Assembly (NCBI GenBank): GCA_004284765.1
Contig: NQJD01000004.1
Coordinates: forward strand, 30,001 to 62,000
Origin: Candidatus Electronema aureum
GTDB lineage: Bacteria > Desulfobacterota > Desulfobulbia > Desulfobulbales > Desulfobulbaceae
Direction of reading: 5' to 3'
Length of the DNA: 32,000 nucleotides
Position numbers and translations under genes: made by a program. Below, piece after piece: positions 1 through 7,869 of the stretch (within the stretch, counting starts at the first letter, position 1; each line of letters begins with the position of its first letter). The notes beneath the pieces were generated by a model. That model did not search any database. It was not told the origin of the DNA and saw only the letters and a list, made by a program, of their open reading frames with translations.

Positions 1-1
1 G

Positions 2-601
2 GTTGAAAAATCTTGGAATGAGATCAAACCAGAATTCCAGAATGCCCCTGACAAGGCAAAAATGAGCGAGTTGCGCAAGAAGGTTGAGGCATATACCGTT
101 CGCTGCGAGCAGGTTGCTGAAGATTTGGCTAAAGACACTGGCATCAAGGGCGAGCATGATGTAGTGCTGGTTGCAGAACTTGGTTTGGAATCACAACGTT
201 TAGCTGCTCTGTATCTGATGAAAGCGTGGGGTGTTGCTGATGCCAACTACGAGCAGGAAGTAACGCAGACTGTCGATGAGACCGAAAGAATCTACAAAGA
301 GTTGCTGGCAGCTGATGACAAGCTCGTTTCTAAAGAAATCAAAGAAAAGCTGAAAACGACTGAAAATGATTTTATTGCCTTCGGGGTGATGGCAAAAAGC
401 AAATCAGGTCGTTTCATGCCTTCGGCAGCTGAGGAAAACGCCAGCAAGATTTTTGAAGCACTGCGGGAAATCTTGGCTATGGAGAAAAAATTAGTTGAAG
501 GCAATGTTTCAGGATATTTCATTCCTGTAGCGGGCGAAAAGGCCATTCTTTTCGATAAATTCACCGTAATCTTGCAGGCAAAGGAGGAGGAGACAGTATG
601 A
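2..601 (+). CDS. Helical periplasmic-sensor-like protein, 5' end truncated by the window (PilJ-N/NarX four-helix-bundle-like)
   Basis: The frame is open from nt 2 to the TGA at 599-601, with no stop before the first ATG (62), so the true start probably lies upstream of the window. The protein is helix-rich and Lys/Glu-rich. The segment ELGLESQRLAALYLMKAWGV resembles the GRQRMLSQR-x-AK-x-YL helix of PilJ-N/NarX-type sensor domains (weak call from memory). The stop overlaps the next start (ATGA at 598-601). Confidence 0.5.
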   Translation, partial: VEKSWNEIKPEFQNAPDKAKMSELRKKVEAYTVRCEQVAEDLAKDTGIKGEHDVVLVAELGLESQRLAALYLMKAWGVADANYEQEVTQTVDETERIYKELLAADDKLVSKEIKEKLKTTENDFIAFGVMAKSKSGRFMPSAAEENASKIFEALREILAMEKKLVEGNVSGYFIPVAGEKAILFDKFTVILQAKEEETV

Positions 602-1389
602 AAAAAATTTCTCTCAAGGCATGGGCAGCAGTTGCCCTGTGTTGCGCAATGAGCGCAGGCAATGCAGCAGCAGATGTAAATCAGCAAGAGCTGGATATGC
701 TGCAAACTGCTAAAAATGTAGAGATCGCCAGCCAGAAGATCACCAAAGCGTATTTCTACAAGCAGTTGGATATTCGCGCCGATCATGCAGGTAAGGATTT
801 ACAGGACAGCATTGCTCAGATCAAACGCGACATTCTCACACTCCATGAAGGCATTAAGGGCAACGACAAGGAAGCAAAAAACATCGCAGTATTTCTTTCC
901 TATACCCGTGATGAATTAGACAAAACAATAACTAAGCCCTACAGTAAGGAAGTTGGTGCGCTGATGATTGACTTCAGCGAATCCTTGCTTGAAGGTGCTG
1001 ATTTCCTGTCCACTCGGCACAGTAAAGATAAAGGACCAGAAGCAAAGATGCTGGCGGAAGTTGAGCGGCTGCTGTTTCTGTTAGAGCGGGTGAATAAATA
1101 CTACATCATCCACAAAGCTGGTTTCAAAGACTACAACAACGTGGTTCAGTTAGAGAAAGCAGTACAGGATTTTGAGGTCAGCTTGGCTAAGGTCAACGCT
1201 TACGGCGGTTATCCTGACGAAACCAAGGAAAGCGTTACCAAAATCAATCAGTTTTGGCCAGTGGCTAAAGAGTTTTACCTTGGTGTGCAACAGAATGCTT
1301 TACCGGTGATTGTGCTTGCATCCACTGATAAGCTGGAGAAGGAAGTGAGAACTTTGGAGAGCTTTCATCAGAGTCAAGTCGTGAAGTAA
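598..1389 (+). CDS. Secreted helical protein with two PilJ-N/NarX-like four-helix-bundle halves (NIT-like layout)
   Basis: ATG 598 is preceded by AGGAGGAGG (582-590). Signal peptide is MKKISLKAWAAVALCCAMSAGNAAA/DV. Two helical halves each carry a sensor-bundle-like helix (NVEIASQKITKAYFYKQL and LLFLLERVNKYYIIHKAG). There is no transmembrane or output domain. A strong terminator follows. Confidence 0.6.
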   Translation: MKKISLKAWAAVALCCAMSAGNAAADVNQQELDMLQTAKNVEIASQKITKAYFYKQLDIRADHAGKDLQDSIAQIKRDILTLHEGIKGNDKEAKNIAVFLSYTRDELDKTITKPYSKEVGALMIDFSESLLEGADFLSTRHSKDKGPEAKMLAEVERLLFLLERVNKYYIIHKAGFKDYNNVVQLEKAVQDFEVSLAKVNAYGGYPDETKESVTKINQFWPVAKEFYLGVQQNALPVIVLASTDKLEKEVRTLESFHQSQVVK

Positions 1390-1395
1390 ATTTCC

Positions 1396-1450
1396 AAAAA
1401 AAAGGAAAAGAAAAGGCCGGGAACTTGCGCAGTTCCCGGCCTTTTCTTTG
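1396..1450. terminator. Bidirectional rho-independent terminator between convergent genes
   Basis: Perfect 11-bp stem GGCCGGGAACT (1415-1425), loop TGCGC, then AGTTCCCGGCC (1431-1441). It is flanked by an A-rich run upstream (1396-1414) and TTTTCTTTG downstream, so it gives a U-tract on both strands. Confidence 0.75.
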
Positions 1451-1464
1451 TCTATTTTCCCGCT

Positions 1465-1779
1465 TCAGCCTTTGCTTTTCATCTCTTTCATGATGATGAG
1501 TCCCACTTTGAATTTAGGTTCCTCTTCTTTTTTGACGATGCTGTAAAACTCGCAGGTATGGCAGTCGCTACAAAATTTCTCAATGTAAGAACCTTGTGCA
1601 TTCGCACCCTTGCAGAGGGTTCCTGCAATAACCCAGCAGCAGCGACCTCCATTCTTTCCCTCATGAATGCCATCTGCCCGCTGCTCACCTGCCGCTGGGC
1701 AAACTCCGAACTCGGCGGCCTTTGGTCCACCTATCTCCCGCCCGCATTGTTTGACTTCCCAGCAATTCTTCTTGTCCAT
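1465..1779 (-). CDS. two-CW domain small cysteine-rich protein (putative metal/redox-binding)
   Basis: The 104-aa protein has nine Cys and two Cys-Trp signatures: NCWEVKQCG near the N-terminus and GGRCCWVIAGTLC centrally, followed by CSDCHTCEFY. This matches my memory of the NCBI 'two-CW domain' family. It is a stand-alone gene with an AT-rich promoter region at 1780-1900. Confidence 0.7.
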   Translation of the reverse strand: MDKKNCWEVKQCGREIGGPKAAEFGVCPAAGEQRADGIHEGKNGGRCCWVIAGTLCKGANAQGSYIEKFCSDCHTCEFYSIVKKEEEPKFKVGLIIMKEMKSKG

Positions 1780-1899
1780 TGATGCTCCTTCTCTATAAAT
1801 TCAAAAGGGATTGTTTCTTGGTTTCATAATGTGATTAAAACTGCGCTTTCTCTTCTTATCTATTTGATAAATTTTCAATTTTTGAATTTTATCAACTGC

Positions 1900-1928
1900 T
1901 AAAAAATAAGGGCGAAAAATCGCCCTTA
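1900..1928 (-). terminator. Rho-independent terminator closing the chemosensory operon
   Basis: On the minus strand: stem AAGGGCG, loop ATTTTT, stem CGCCCTT (plus coordinates 1908-1927), followed by ATTTTTT. It lies 15 nt after the stop of the binding-protein gene. Confidence 0.7.
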
Positions 1929-1942
1929 CCCGTACACCATCA

Positions 1943-3130
1943 TTATTTTACTGGCTTAACTAACTTATCGACATAGACAAACGTAGCTTCGTCGCCTGTT
2001 TTCTCTATCTTGGTCAAATAAACCGCATCCATACCCCGGCGGTCGTCTGGGCCGAAAGAAACTGGAACACCGCCCGCATCGTAATGCGACAAAGATTCGA
2101 GCGAAGTTTTGATCGCCTCAGAAGTGACCTCGCCTTTAACATTCTTGACCGCCTGATGAAGAACGTTTGCTGCGATGTACGCCTCTAAGCTGATAAACTC
2201 ATATTTTTCCGCGCCCATATCCTCTTGATACTGCTTGACGATAGGCAGTGAAGCATCCCAAGGATCAGGAACAACTTGGCTGATATAGACGTTATCGCTT
2301 TCATTCAGCCGTTCTGCCAAGCCTCTTGAGCCAACAAAGGAAATGTTGAGCATCGGCACCTTGAAGCCCATCTTGTGCCACTGGTTGATGGCCAAAGCAC
2401 AAGACCTTGCCGTGCCAACTAAAATAACCGCCTCAGCCGCGTTACCCCTGATCTGTCGCACGCCGCCGCCCACAGAAACAGTGTTGCGTTTGTAGTGCGG
2501 CACGCTGTTCCAAAAAGTAGTCCAGTCCTCTGTCGCGGCATTGTCAGCAGGAATGGCTGGCACCTCTGGTACAATTTTGATGCCCCCCAATTTTTTTTCT
2601 GCTGCCACCGCGCCTTTGATACCGGTTAAACCGAAATCGTCGCGCTGGACAAAAATACTGACCCGCTTGATGCCCAAATCCTCTTTCAGGTGCCGCATCA
2701 TGTTTTCAATCTCGGCTCCGTAGCTGGCTCGTAGGGCAAAAGAGGAGGGATTTGCCACCGGATCGCTGAGAAACTCAGCACCAGTACTTGCACCAAAGAA
2801 AAGGGTCTTGCTCTCGTTCGCCAAAGGAACGGCAACTTTGGAAGTTGGGGTACCAAGATAACCGAACAACACCTGCGCACCGTCTTTGATGAACTCTTCA
2901 GTATTAGCCAGACAACGATCAGGCTCGTAGCCGTCGTCCTTGCTGGTCAGCACGATATCTTCAGCGGCCCGTTTATCAAAATAGGCTTTAGCACCTTTCT
3001 GGATTTCAGCACCGAGAAAAGCGGTCGGGCCGGTCAAAGCGGAAGACTGCCCCACTTTGACCGCCGCAACACCATGATCCGGCAAAAGCAGGCAGCAGGT
3101 TGAGAAAAGAATCCACAGCTTGAGTCTCAT
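1943..3130 (-). CDS. Orphan periplasmic substrate-binding protein, LivK / type-1 PBP (Peripla_BP_6-like)
   Basis: The family-typical N-terminus VKVGQSSALTGPTAFLGAEIQKGAKAYFDK and the overall length fit branched-chain amino acid/amide-type binding proteins. The ORF-track start at 3160 is a GTG. The ATG at 3130 has AAGGGA 6 nt upstream and gives the signal peptide MRLKLWILFSTCCLLLPDHGVAA. No ABC permease or ATPase gene is adjacent. Confidence 0.8.
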   Translation of the reverse strand: MRLKLWILFSTCCLLLPDHGVAAVKVGQSSALTGPTAFLGAEIQKGAKAYFDKRAAEDIVLTSKDDGYEPDRCLANTEEFIKDGAQVLFGYLGTPTSKVAVPLANESKTLFFGASTGAEFLSDPVANPSSFALRASYGAEIENMMRHLKEDLGIKRVSIFVQRDDFGLTGIKGAVAAEKKLGGIKIVPEVPAIPADNAATEDWTTFWNSVPHYKRNTVSVGGGVRQIRGNAAEAVILVGTARSCALAINQWHKMGFKVPMLNISFVGSRGLAERLNESDNVYISQVVPDPWDASLPIVKQYQEDMGAEKYEFISLEAYIAANVLHQAVKNVKGEVTSEAIKTSLESLSHYDAGGVPVSFGPDDRRGMDAVYLTKIEKTGDEATFVYVDKLVKPVK

Positions 3131-3166
3131 GTTTGTTCCCTTGTCAGTTGATCTTGTCACGGCTGA

Positions 3167-6100
3167 TTAGCGGCTTTCTTTTTCGAGCTTGAAGACGGCA
3201 ACGGCTTGGAGCATGTCGTCGCCCATTGCGGCCATCTCGCGCATGGAGATGGAAGCACCCATCGTCTCCTGAGCAGTTTCCAAGCTGACGCGCCCAATGT
3301 CAGTCATCTTGCTCGCCAGCGCGGCGGTGGTGTCAGCCTGCTCCTTAGAGGCTGAGGCCACGCCCTCAATCAGCTCCGCCACTTCGTTCGAGCGGGTGGT
3401 GATTTCCTCCAGCTTGGCCAGCGCGTTCTGCGACAGCTTAGTACCCTGAACAACTTCTTGGATACTCGCATCCATACTCACGCCGGCCTCGGTGATCTCG
3501 CCGAGAATGTTACGGATCAGAGTTTCGATCTGGCGCGTGGAAACGGCGGCCCGTTCAGCCAGACGCTGGATTTCCTCGGCAACAACTGCAAAGCCGCGTC
3601 CTTCCTCGCCTGCTGCTGCCGCTTGAATCGAGGCGTTCAAGGCCAAAATCGAGGTACGGTCAGAAATTTCGTTAATGGTACGGGCGAAATCGCTGATTTC
3701 CTGCGAGCTTTCACCCAGCCGCTTAATCGCGCGGGCGGTATTCTGGACGTTGCTACGGATAGCTTCCATAGAATGGCTGGTTTCACGTACCGCTGTCGCA
3801 CCGTCTTCAGCAACCTGGCTGGAAATCTTAGAAGTACCTGCTGATTGCCCGGCTTTTTCCGCAGCACCCCGGATTTCTGCGGTCAGCAAGCTAATCTTCT
3901 GTACTGCCTCGTTGAGCAGTTGCGATTGCGTGTTGTTCTGATCGGCCAGCTCTCCGGTCGAGGAGCTGAGGACGTTAGCGGTAGAGCCAACCTGTTCAGC
4001 AGAGTCCTTGATTCGGCGGAAAGCGCGGCCCAGCTCGTCGAGCATCATGTTGAGCGAGTCGGCCAAGGTACCGATAACGTCATCAGTAACGGTGGCTCGG
4101 ATGGTCAAGTCACCATCGGCTAACTGGGTGATTTCCTCCAGCAGTTGAATGATCGAGTTGTTCAGCTTGTCATGCTCTTCCTGCCGGGTCTGGATCAGGT
4201 TCTGGATCGTACCAGTCATGGTGTTGAAGTCACCAGCCAGACGACCCAGCTCATCCTTACTGGTTACTTTCGCCTGCATGCTGTAATCACCTTTTTCAAC
4301 CTTGCTCATGACCTGCACAATTTCCTTAACCTGCCGAGTCACGCCACCAGCAACCAGCAAACTGACCACCGCAATCAACGCTGCGGCTGAGAGAACAGTC
4401 ACGCCGATGATCTTCAGCAAGTTAGTTACTGGCTGATGCACGGCATCTTCACTCACCTCACTGATAATCGCCCATGTTAGGTCTTTATATTTAAACTGCG
4501 CCCAAGAGGACAACACGCTTTCGCCCGCACCGTTGACGATAATCTTGGTATTGTCTTTGCCAGACAACGCTTCTGTCACTGCCTCAGTTGCCACTTTGGC
4601 CTTCGGATTCAGCAGCGTTTTTTCTACACCGTATTTTTTGGCATTTGAGGATTCAGAACGCCAAAGATGATCTGAGCCGATCAGATAGGTGTCGGCAATT
4701 GCCGTCTCCGCACCGGTCTGATGCTTGGATCCCTCTTCAAAGCGGCTGCGAATGTCCATAACCGCGTTGATTTGGTCAATCGGTATCTGCAAGGCAGCGA
4801 ACATGATGATTTCTTGCTTGTTGCTCAGAATCGGCGCAACTAAGAAAGCAGCGGGTTTGTCGCCTGCGGGTGCATAAAAGTCATAGTCGCTGATGGCAAT
4901 TTCTTTACTCGTGACCGCTTTGGCGACTGTTCCACCGAAGTTGGTGTCCTTATACGGGCCACTCAGCATGTTGGTCAAAAAATCTGCCTGTTTTTTGGCA
5001 GAGTAAAAAATGTAGCCGTCCGGGTTAATCAGGTAGAGGTCAGGAAAGCCGTAATGGGCGGCCAGCTCGCTTAAATGGTCGGTTTCTTTATCCGCAACCT
5101 TCCGCTTGGGGGCTACGGCATCAGCCTGATCCAGATCAACGATCAGTACCCACGTGGTACCGTAGATTTCCACCGAGGTGTAGGAAGAAAGCACGTAGTC
5201 ACCGCGATAGTTGTTGGTTGTCTCCTCGCCGCTCTCGCCGGACAGGGCATAAACCACGCTCTCAGTATCGACGACGAAGGCTGGGTTGGCCAAGGTCGGC
5301 TCGGCAAAATAAGCAGAGTTGGAACGGAACATGCCGTCCACACCAACGAGGTACGATTCGCCTTTGTCGCCAAGTCCTGGAGGATTCTTGGTGATATCAT
5401 CCAAGGCATTGCCTTTTAGCCCGAACAAGAGTACGCCTTCCAACTTGCCCTCAATAGTAAAGGGGGTAGAAAAATAGGCCACCATCTTATCGGTATGTTC
5501 TGCATGAAAAGAAGAAGGAGAGTAATCAATAAAGGCAGTTTCTTGTATTCCTTTCTGCAAGGCATTCCATTCTGCGGTTTTCTCTTTAACCACCTCGCCT
5601 CGCGTCATATCCTTATCAGTGGAATACAGCACTTTACCATCAGGACTGAGTAGAACGAGGGCGGAAAAGTCTCGTTGTTCGAGCCAATTCGTCAGATACT
5701 CAGCAAAAGCACTATCCATCTCTGTCGAGGCATCTTTAATGAAGCCCGTGAACATCTTCTTCTGCTCAGGGTTATTCGCAAAAGCCTGTGTGTTCTGATA
5801 GCGCATCTGAAAGTAGTCGATGATTTGCTTTTTCTGCAAATCCCTGACTGCTGCTAATTTGATGTGCGCCTCATTCTGGAGAAGCTGCATAGTCTCTGAA
5901 ATATTTTTCAGAGTCTTTTCCTGCTCCGTGAAATACTGATGCAGGGCCTGATGCTGGAACGCCAAGGTGGTTTCCAAGTTTTCAAAGGACTGCTGCTGCA
6001 AGGCCGAGGCCGAATAGCGCCAGCTGAACAGCGCGATCACCGCCATCGGCACCAAAGAAATCAGGAGGAGCCAAAATAGCAGCTTGCCCTTGATACTCCG

Positions 6101-6187
6101 CCCTAACGTGAACAGGCCCTTCAGGTTAGCGGCCTTCAGGCGGCTAAGTATCTGCTCCGCCGCTTTTCTTTTCAACACGTTCGCCAT
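3167..6187 (-). CDS. Methyl-accepting chemotaxis protein with large tandem Cache-like periplasmic region, HAMP and MCP signalling domains
   Basis: GAGGAG lies 4-5 nt before ATG 6187. TM1 is [21 protein letters not shown] and TM2 is [28 protein letters not shown] segment: [21 protein letters not shown]. Signalling hairpin: [41 protein letters not shown]. Confidence 0.9.
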   Translation of the reverse strand: MANVLKRKAAEQILSRLKAANLKGLFTLGRSIKGKLLFWLLLISLVPMAVIALFSWRYSASALQQQSFENLETTLAFQHQALHQYFTEQEKTLKNISETMQLLQNEAHIKLAAVRDLQKKQIIDYFQMRYQNTQAFANNPEQKKMFTGFIKDASTEMDSAFAEYLTNWLEQRDFSALVLLSPDGKVLYSTDKDMTRGEVVKEKTAEWNALQKGIQETAFIDYSPSSFHAEHTDKMVAYFSTPFTIEGKLEGVLLFGLKGNALDDITKNPPGLGDKGESYLVGVDGMFRSNSAYFAEPTLANPAFVVDTESVVYALSGESGEETTNNYRGDYVLSSYTSVEIYGTTWVLIVDLDQADAVAPKRKVADKETDHLSELAAHYGFPDLYLINPDGYIFYSAKKQADFLTNMLSGPYKDTNFGGTVAKAVTSKEIAISDYDFYAPAGDKPAAFLVAPILSNKQEIIMFAALQIPIDQINAVMDIRSRFEEGSKHQTGAETAIADTYLIGSDHLWRSESSNAKKYGVEKTLLNPKAKVATEAVTEALSGKDNTKIIVNGAGESVLSSWAQFKYKDLTWAIISEVSEDAVHQPVTNLLKIIGVTVLSAAALIAVVSLLVAGGVTRQVKEIVQVMSKVEKGDYSMQAKVTSKDELGRLAGDFNTMTGTIQNLIQTRQEEHDKLNNSIIQLLEEITQLADGDLTIRATVTDDVIGTLADSLNMMLDELGRAFRRIKDSAEQVGSTANVLSSSTGELADQNNTQSQLLNEAVQKISLLTAEIRGAAEKAGQSAGTSKISSQVAEDGATAVRETSHSMEAIRSNVQNTARAIKRLGESSQEISDFARTINEISDRTSILALNASIQAAAAGEEGRGFAVVAEEIQRLAERAAVSTRQIETLIRNILGEITEAGVSMDASIQEVVQGTKLSQNALAKLEEITTRSNEVAELIEGVASASKEQADTTAALASKMTDIGRVSLETAQETMGASISMREMAAMGDDMLQAVAVFKLEKESR

Positions 6188-6226
6188 TTTTTCTCCTCTA
6201 TAACAAGAAAATTACCTGAAACACCC

Positions 6227-6751
6227 TTAAACCGCAGGCTCCGGCCATGCCGCAGGCGGGCAGAGCGTAGGCAGCAGATTTGGCACCATCATCATCCCGT
6301 CTTCGTGGGCAAATAATCCTTTGAATAGGGCAGGATCAAGCCCGCTTGCCTCTATCGCTGCGGCAGCACACTGTTTAGGCAACTCGCGGGCAGCAATCCG
6401 ATCGGAAACCTTGAGAATACAGCGTAACATCCGCCGAGAGCTGTTTTCCTTTTCGTCCTCAGCTGGAACAACAAGCCGTATCACCATATATAAACTGCGA
6501 TCAGCGGAGAAACTCATGCCATGTAGTTTGGCAATATCCACCACCGGCAGCACCTGCCGCCGCCAAGCGCACAGCCCCAGCAGCCAATCGGGTGCAAAAG
6601 GCAGGGGGCGTACCTCTACATCTTGGAGTATTTCCTCCACCTGCCGTGTGGCGAAGAGCAGCACTGGCTCTTGATCCAACACCTTTGCTCCGGTCAATCG
6701 CACAGCGACCGTTTTTAGGGCCGCTCGTTTTATTCCTTGTTCATCCGGCAT
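6227..6751 (-). CDS. Divergent CheW-like coupling protein
   Basis: CheW-like core: LLFATRQVEEILQDVEVRPLPFAPDWLLGLCAWRRQVLPVVDIAKLHG. The ORF track starts at 6802. The internal ATG at 6751 (MPDEQG...) overlaps the upstream stop by only 11 nt (ATGCCGGATGA) and is the more economical start. Confidence 0.7.
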   Translation of the reverse strand: MPDEQGIKRAALKTVAVRLTGAKVLDQEPVLLFATRQVEEILQDVEVRPLPFAPDWLLGLCAWRRQVLPVVDIAKLHGMSFSADRSLYMVIRLVVPAEDEKENSSRRMLRCILKVSDRIAARELPKQCAAAAIEASGLDPALFKGLFAHEDGMMMVPNLLPTLCPPAAWPEPAV

Positions 6752-7847
6752 GTTGTTCACCCGGCATTCTGCGGCCTGCGCTTTCTTGGCAACGCAAGAC
6801 AATCTGATCGATGAGATACTGAATGATGTTTTCGCTCAGACCCTTTTGCCGCACCATCTTGGCCAAATCGGGGGGCAGCTGCTCCATACTGAGATGCGGC
6901 TCCTCGCCTCCGGTCTTGCTTTGCTTGAAGCAAGCGATGGTCCACGTCATCACTTTTTTAAAAGTTTCTTCGTCAATAGAAGCGGCGGTTTCTTTTTTCT
7001 CTTGTTCCGAGATAGATTCTGATGATTCTTCTGTAGAGGTATCTTGTATATCATCGGCAACCGGCTCATCAAGCTCTTCTGATTCGAGTTCTGTTTCAGT
7101 AAATATTGATTCTTCGCTTTCAGGTAAATCAGAAGAATCATCAGAAGGGCAGACACAGAAATTTTCATCTACATTTTGATCAAGCAGGGCGGCGGATTCT
7201 TCAGCGTTTCCAGGTGAATTGCCGAAAGACTCCTCGTCCATCTCTTCTTTGGAAGATGCTTCTGTAGGCGCAACACCCTGTGGCTGTTCTATATCAATTA
7301 CAGATTCAACCAATTCTTCTTCAACCAGTTCCGTTTCAGCAAATATTGATACTTCGCTTTCAGGCAAATCAGAAGGGCAGTCAAAGAGGTCCGCCTCGCT
7401 ATTCTGTTCCGCGATGAGCGTTTCCTCCGCAGCAGCCAGCCTTCCGATACCATTGCCCAGCTCATCGGCAACCGGGATGATTTGAGCCGGATTGAGCAGC
7501 AGTACCGCCGAATCACCCCAAATTGTCACTTGTGGGCAAAGCCGAGCCGCCAAGCGCGGGCAAACAGGCGGCAGCGGGCCGGGCGGATTAATGACTTCCA
7601 CCTCGTCAGCGATAAGCTGGTCGGCTACGAGAAAAAAGGATTCGTCCTTTCCCCGCATCTCCAAACAGATCGCATCCGACTGCGGCTCTCCACCCGGTTG
7701 CTGGGCGAACAGCGCACTGAGCTGCACGATTTTGCTGTCTTGTTTGAGCAGCGAGGCTGCCTCGGCCCACGACATCCGGCCAATGATGTCGTGTTCAGCG
7801 ATACCCAGTAGAAAGCGGCCCGCTTGTGCTATACAGATTTTCTTCAT
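6741..7847 (-). CDS. CheW-like domain protein with acidic internal repeats and an unknown C-terminal helical domain
   Basis: The N-terminal ~130 aa have a CheW-like pattern (FLLGIAEHDIIGRM..., FFLVADQLIADEVEV). The central ~170 aa are extremely acidic, with the duplicated block DLPESE(V/E)SIF(A/T)ETEL. The C-terminal ~80 aa (KKVMTWTIACFKQ...LSENIIQYLIDQIVLRCQES) are not recognised. Confidence 0.65.
   Translation of the reverse strand: MKKICIAQAGRFLLGIAEHDIIGRMSWAEAASLLKQDSKIVQLSALFAQQPGGEPQSDAICLEMRGKDESFFLVADQLIADEVEVINPPGPLPPVCPRLAARLCPQVTIWGDSAVLLLNPAQIIPVADELGNGIGRLAAAEETLIAEQNSEADLFDCPSDLPESEVSIFAETELVEEELVESVIDIEQPQGVAPTEASSKEEMDEESFGNSPGNAEESAALLDQNVDENFCVCPSDDSSDLPESEESIFTETELESEELDEPVADDIQDTSTEESSESISEQEKKETAASIDEETFKKVMTWTIACFKQSKTGGEEPHLSMEQLPPDLAKMVRQKGLSENIIQYLIDQIVLRCQESAGRRMPGEQHAG
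7087..7389 (-). repeat. In-frame direct repeat inside the acidic CheW-like gene (two ~60-70-nt copies offset by 240 nt)
   Basis: AGTTCTGTTTCAGTAAATATTGATTCTTCGCTTTCAGGTAAATCAGAAG (from 7087) matches AGTTCCGTTTCAGCAAATATTGATACTTCGCTTTCAGGCAAATCAGAAG (from 7327). The first copy carries a 12-nt insertion. Confidence 0.8.
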
Positions 7848-7869
7848 AATTTCGAGCTACGCCGTCGCT

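Noticed and set aside
292-786. 164-aa minus-strand ORF
   Set aside because: It is antisense to the two coupled plus-strand genes and crosses their ATGA junction. Its Cys/Ser-rich composition is typical of a shadow frame.
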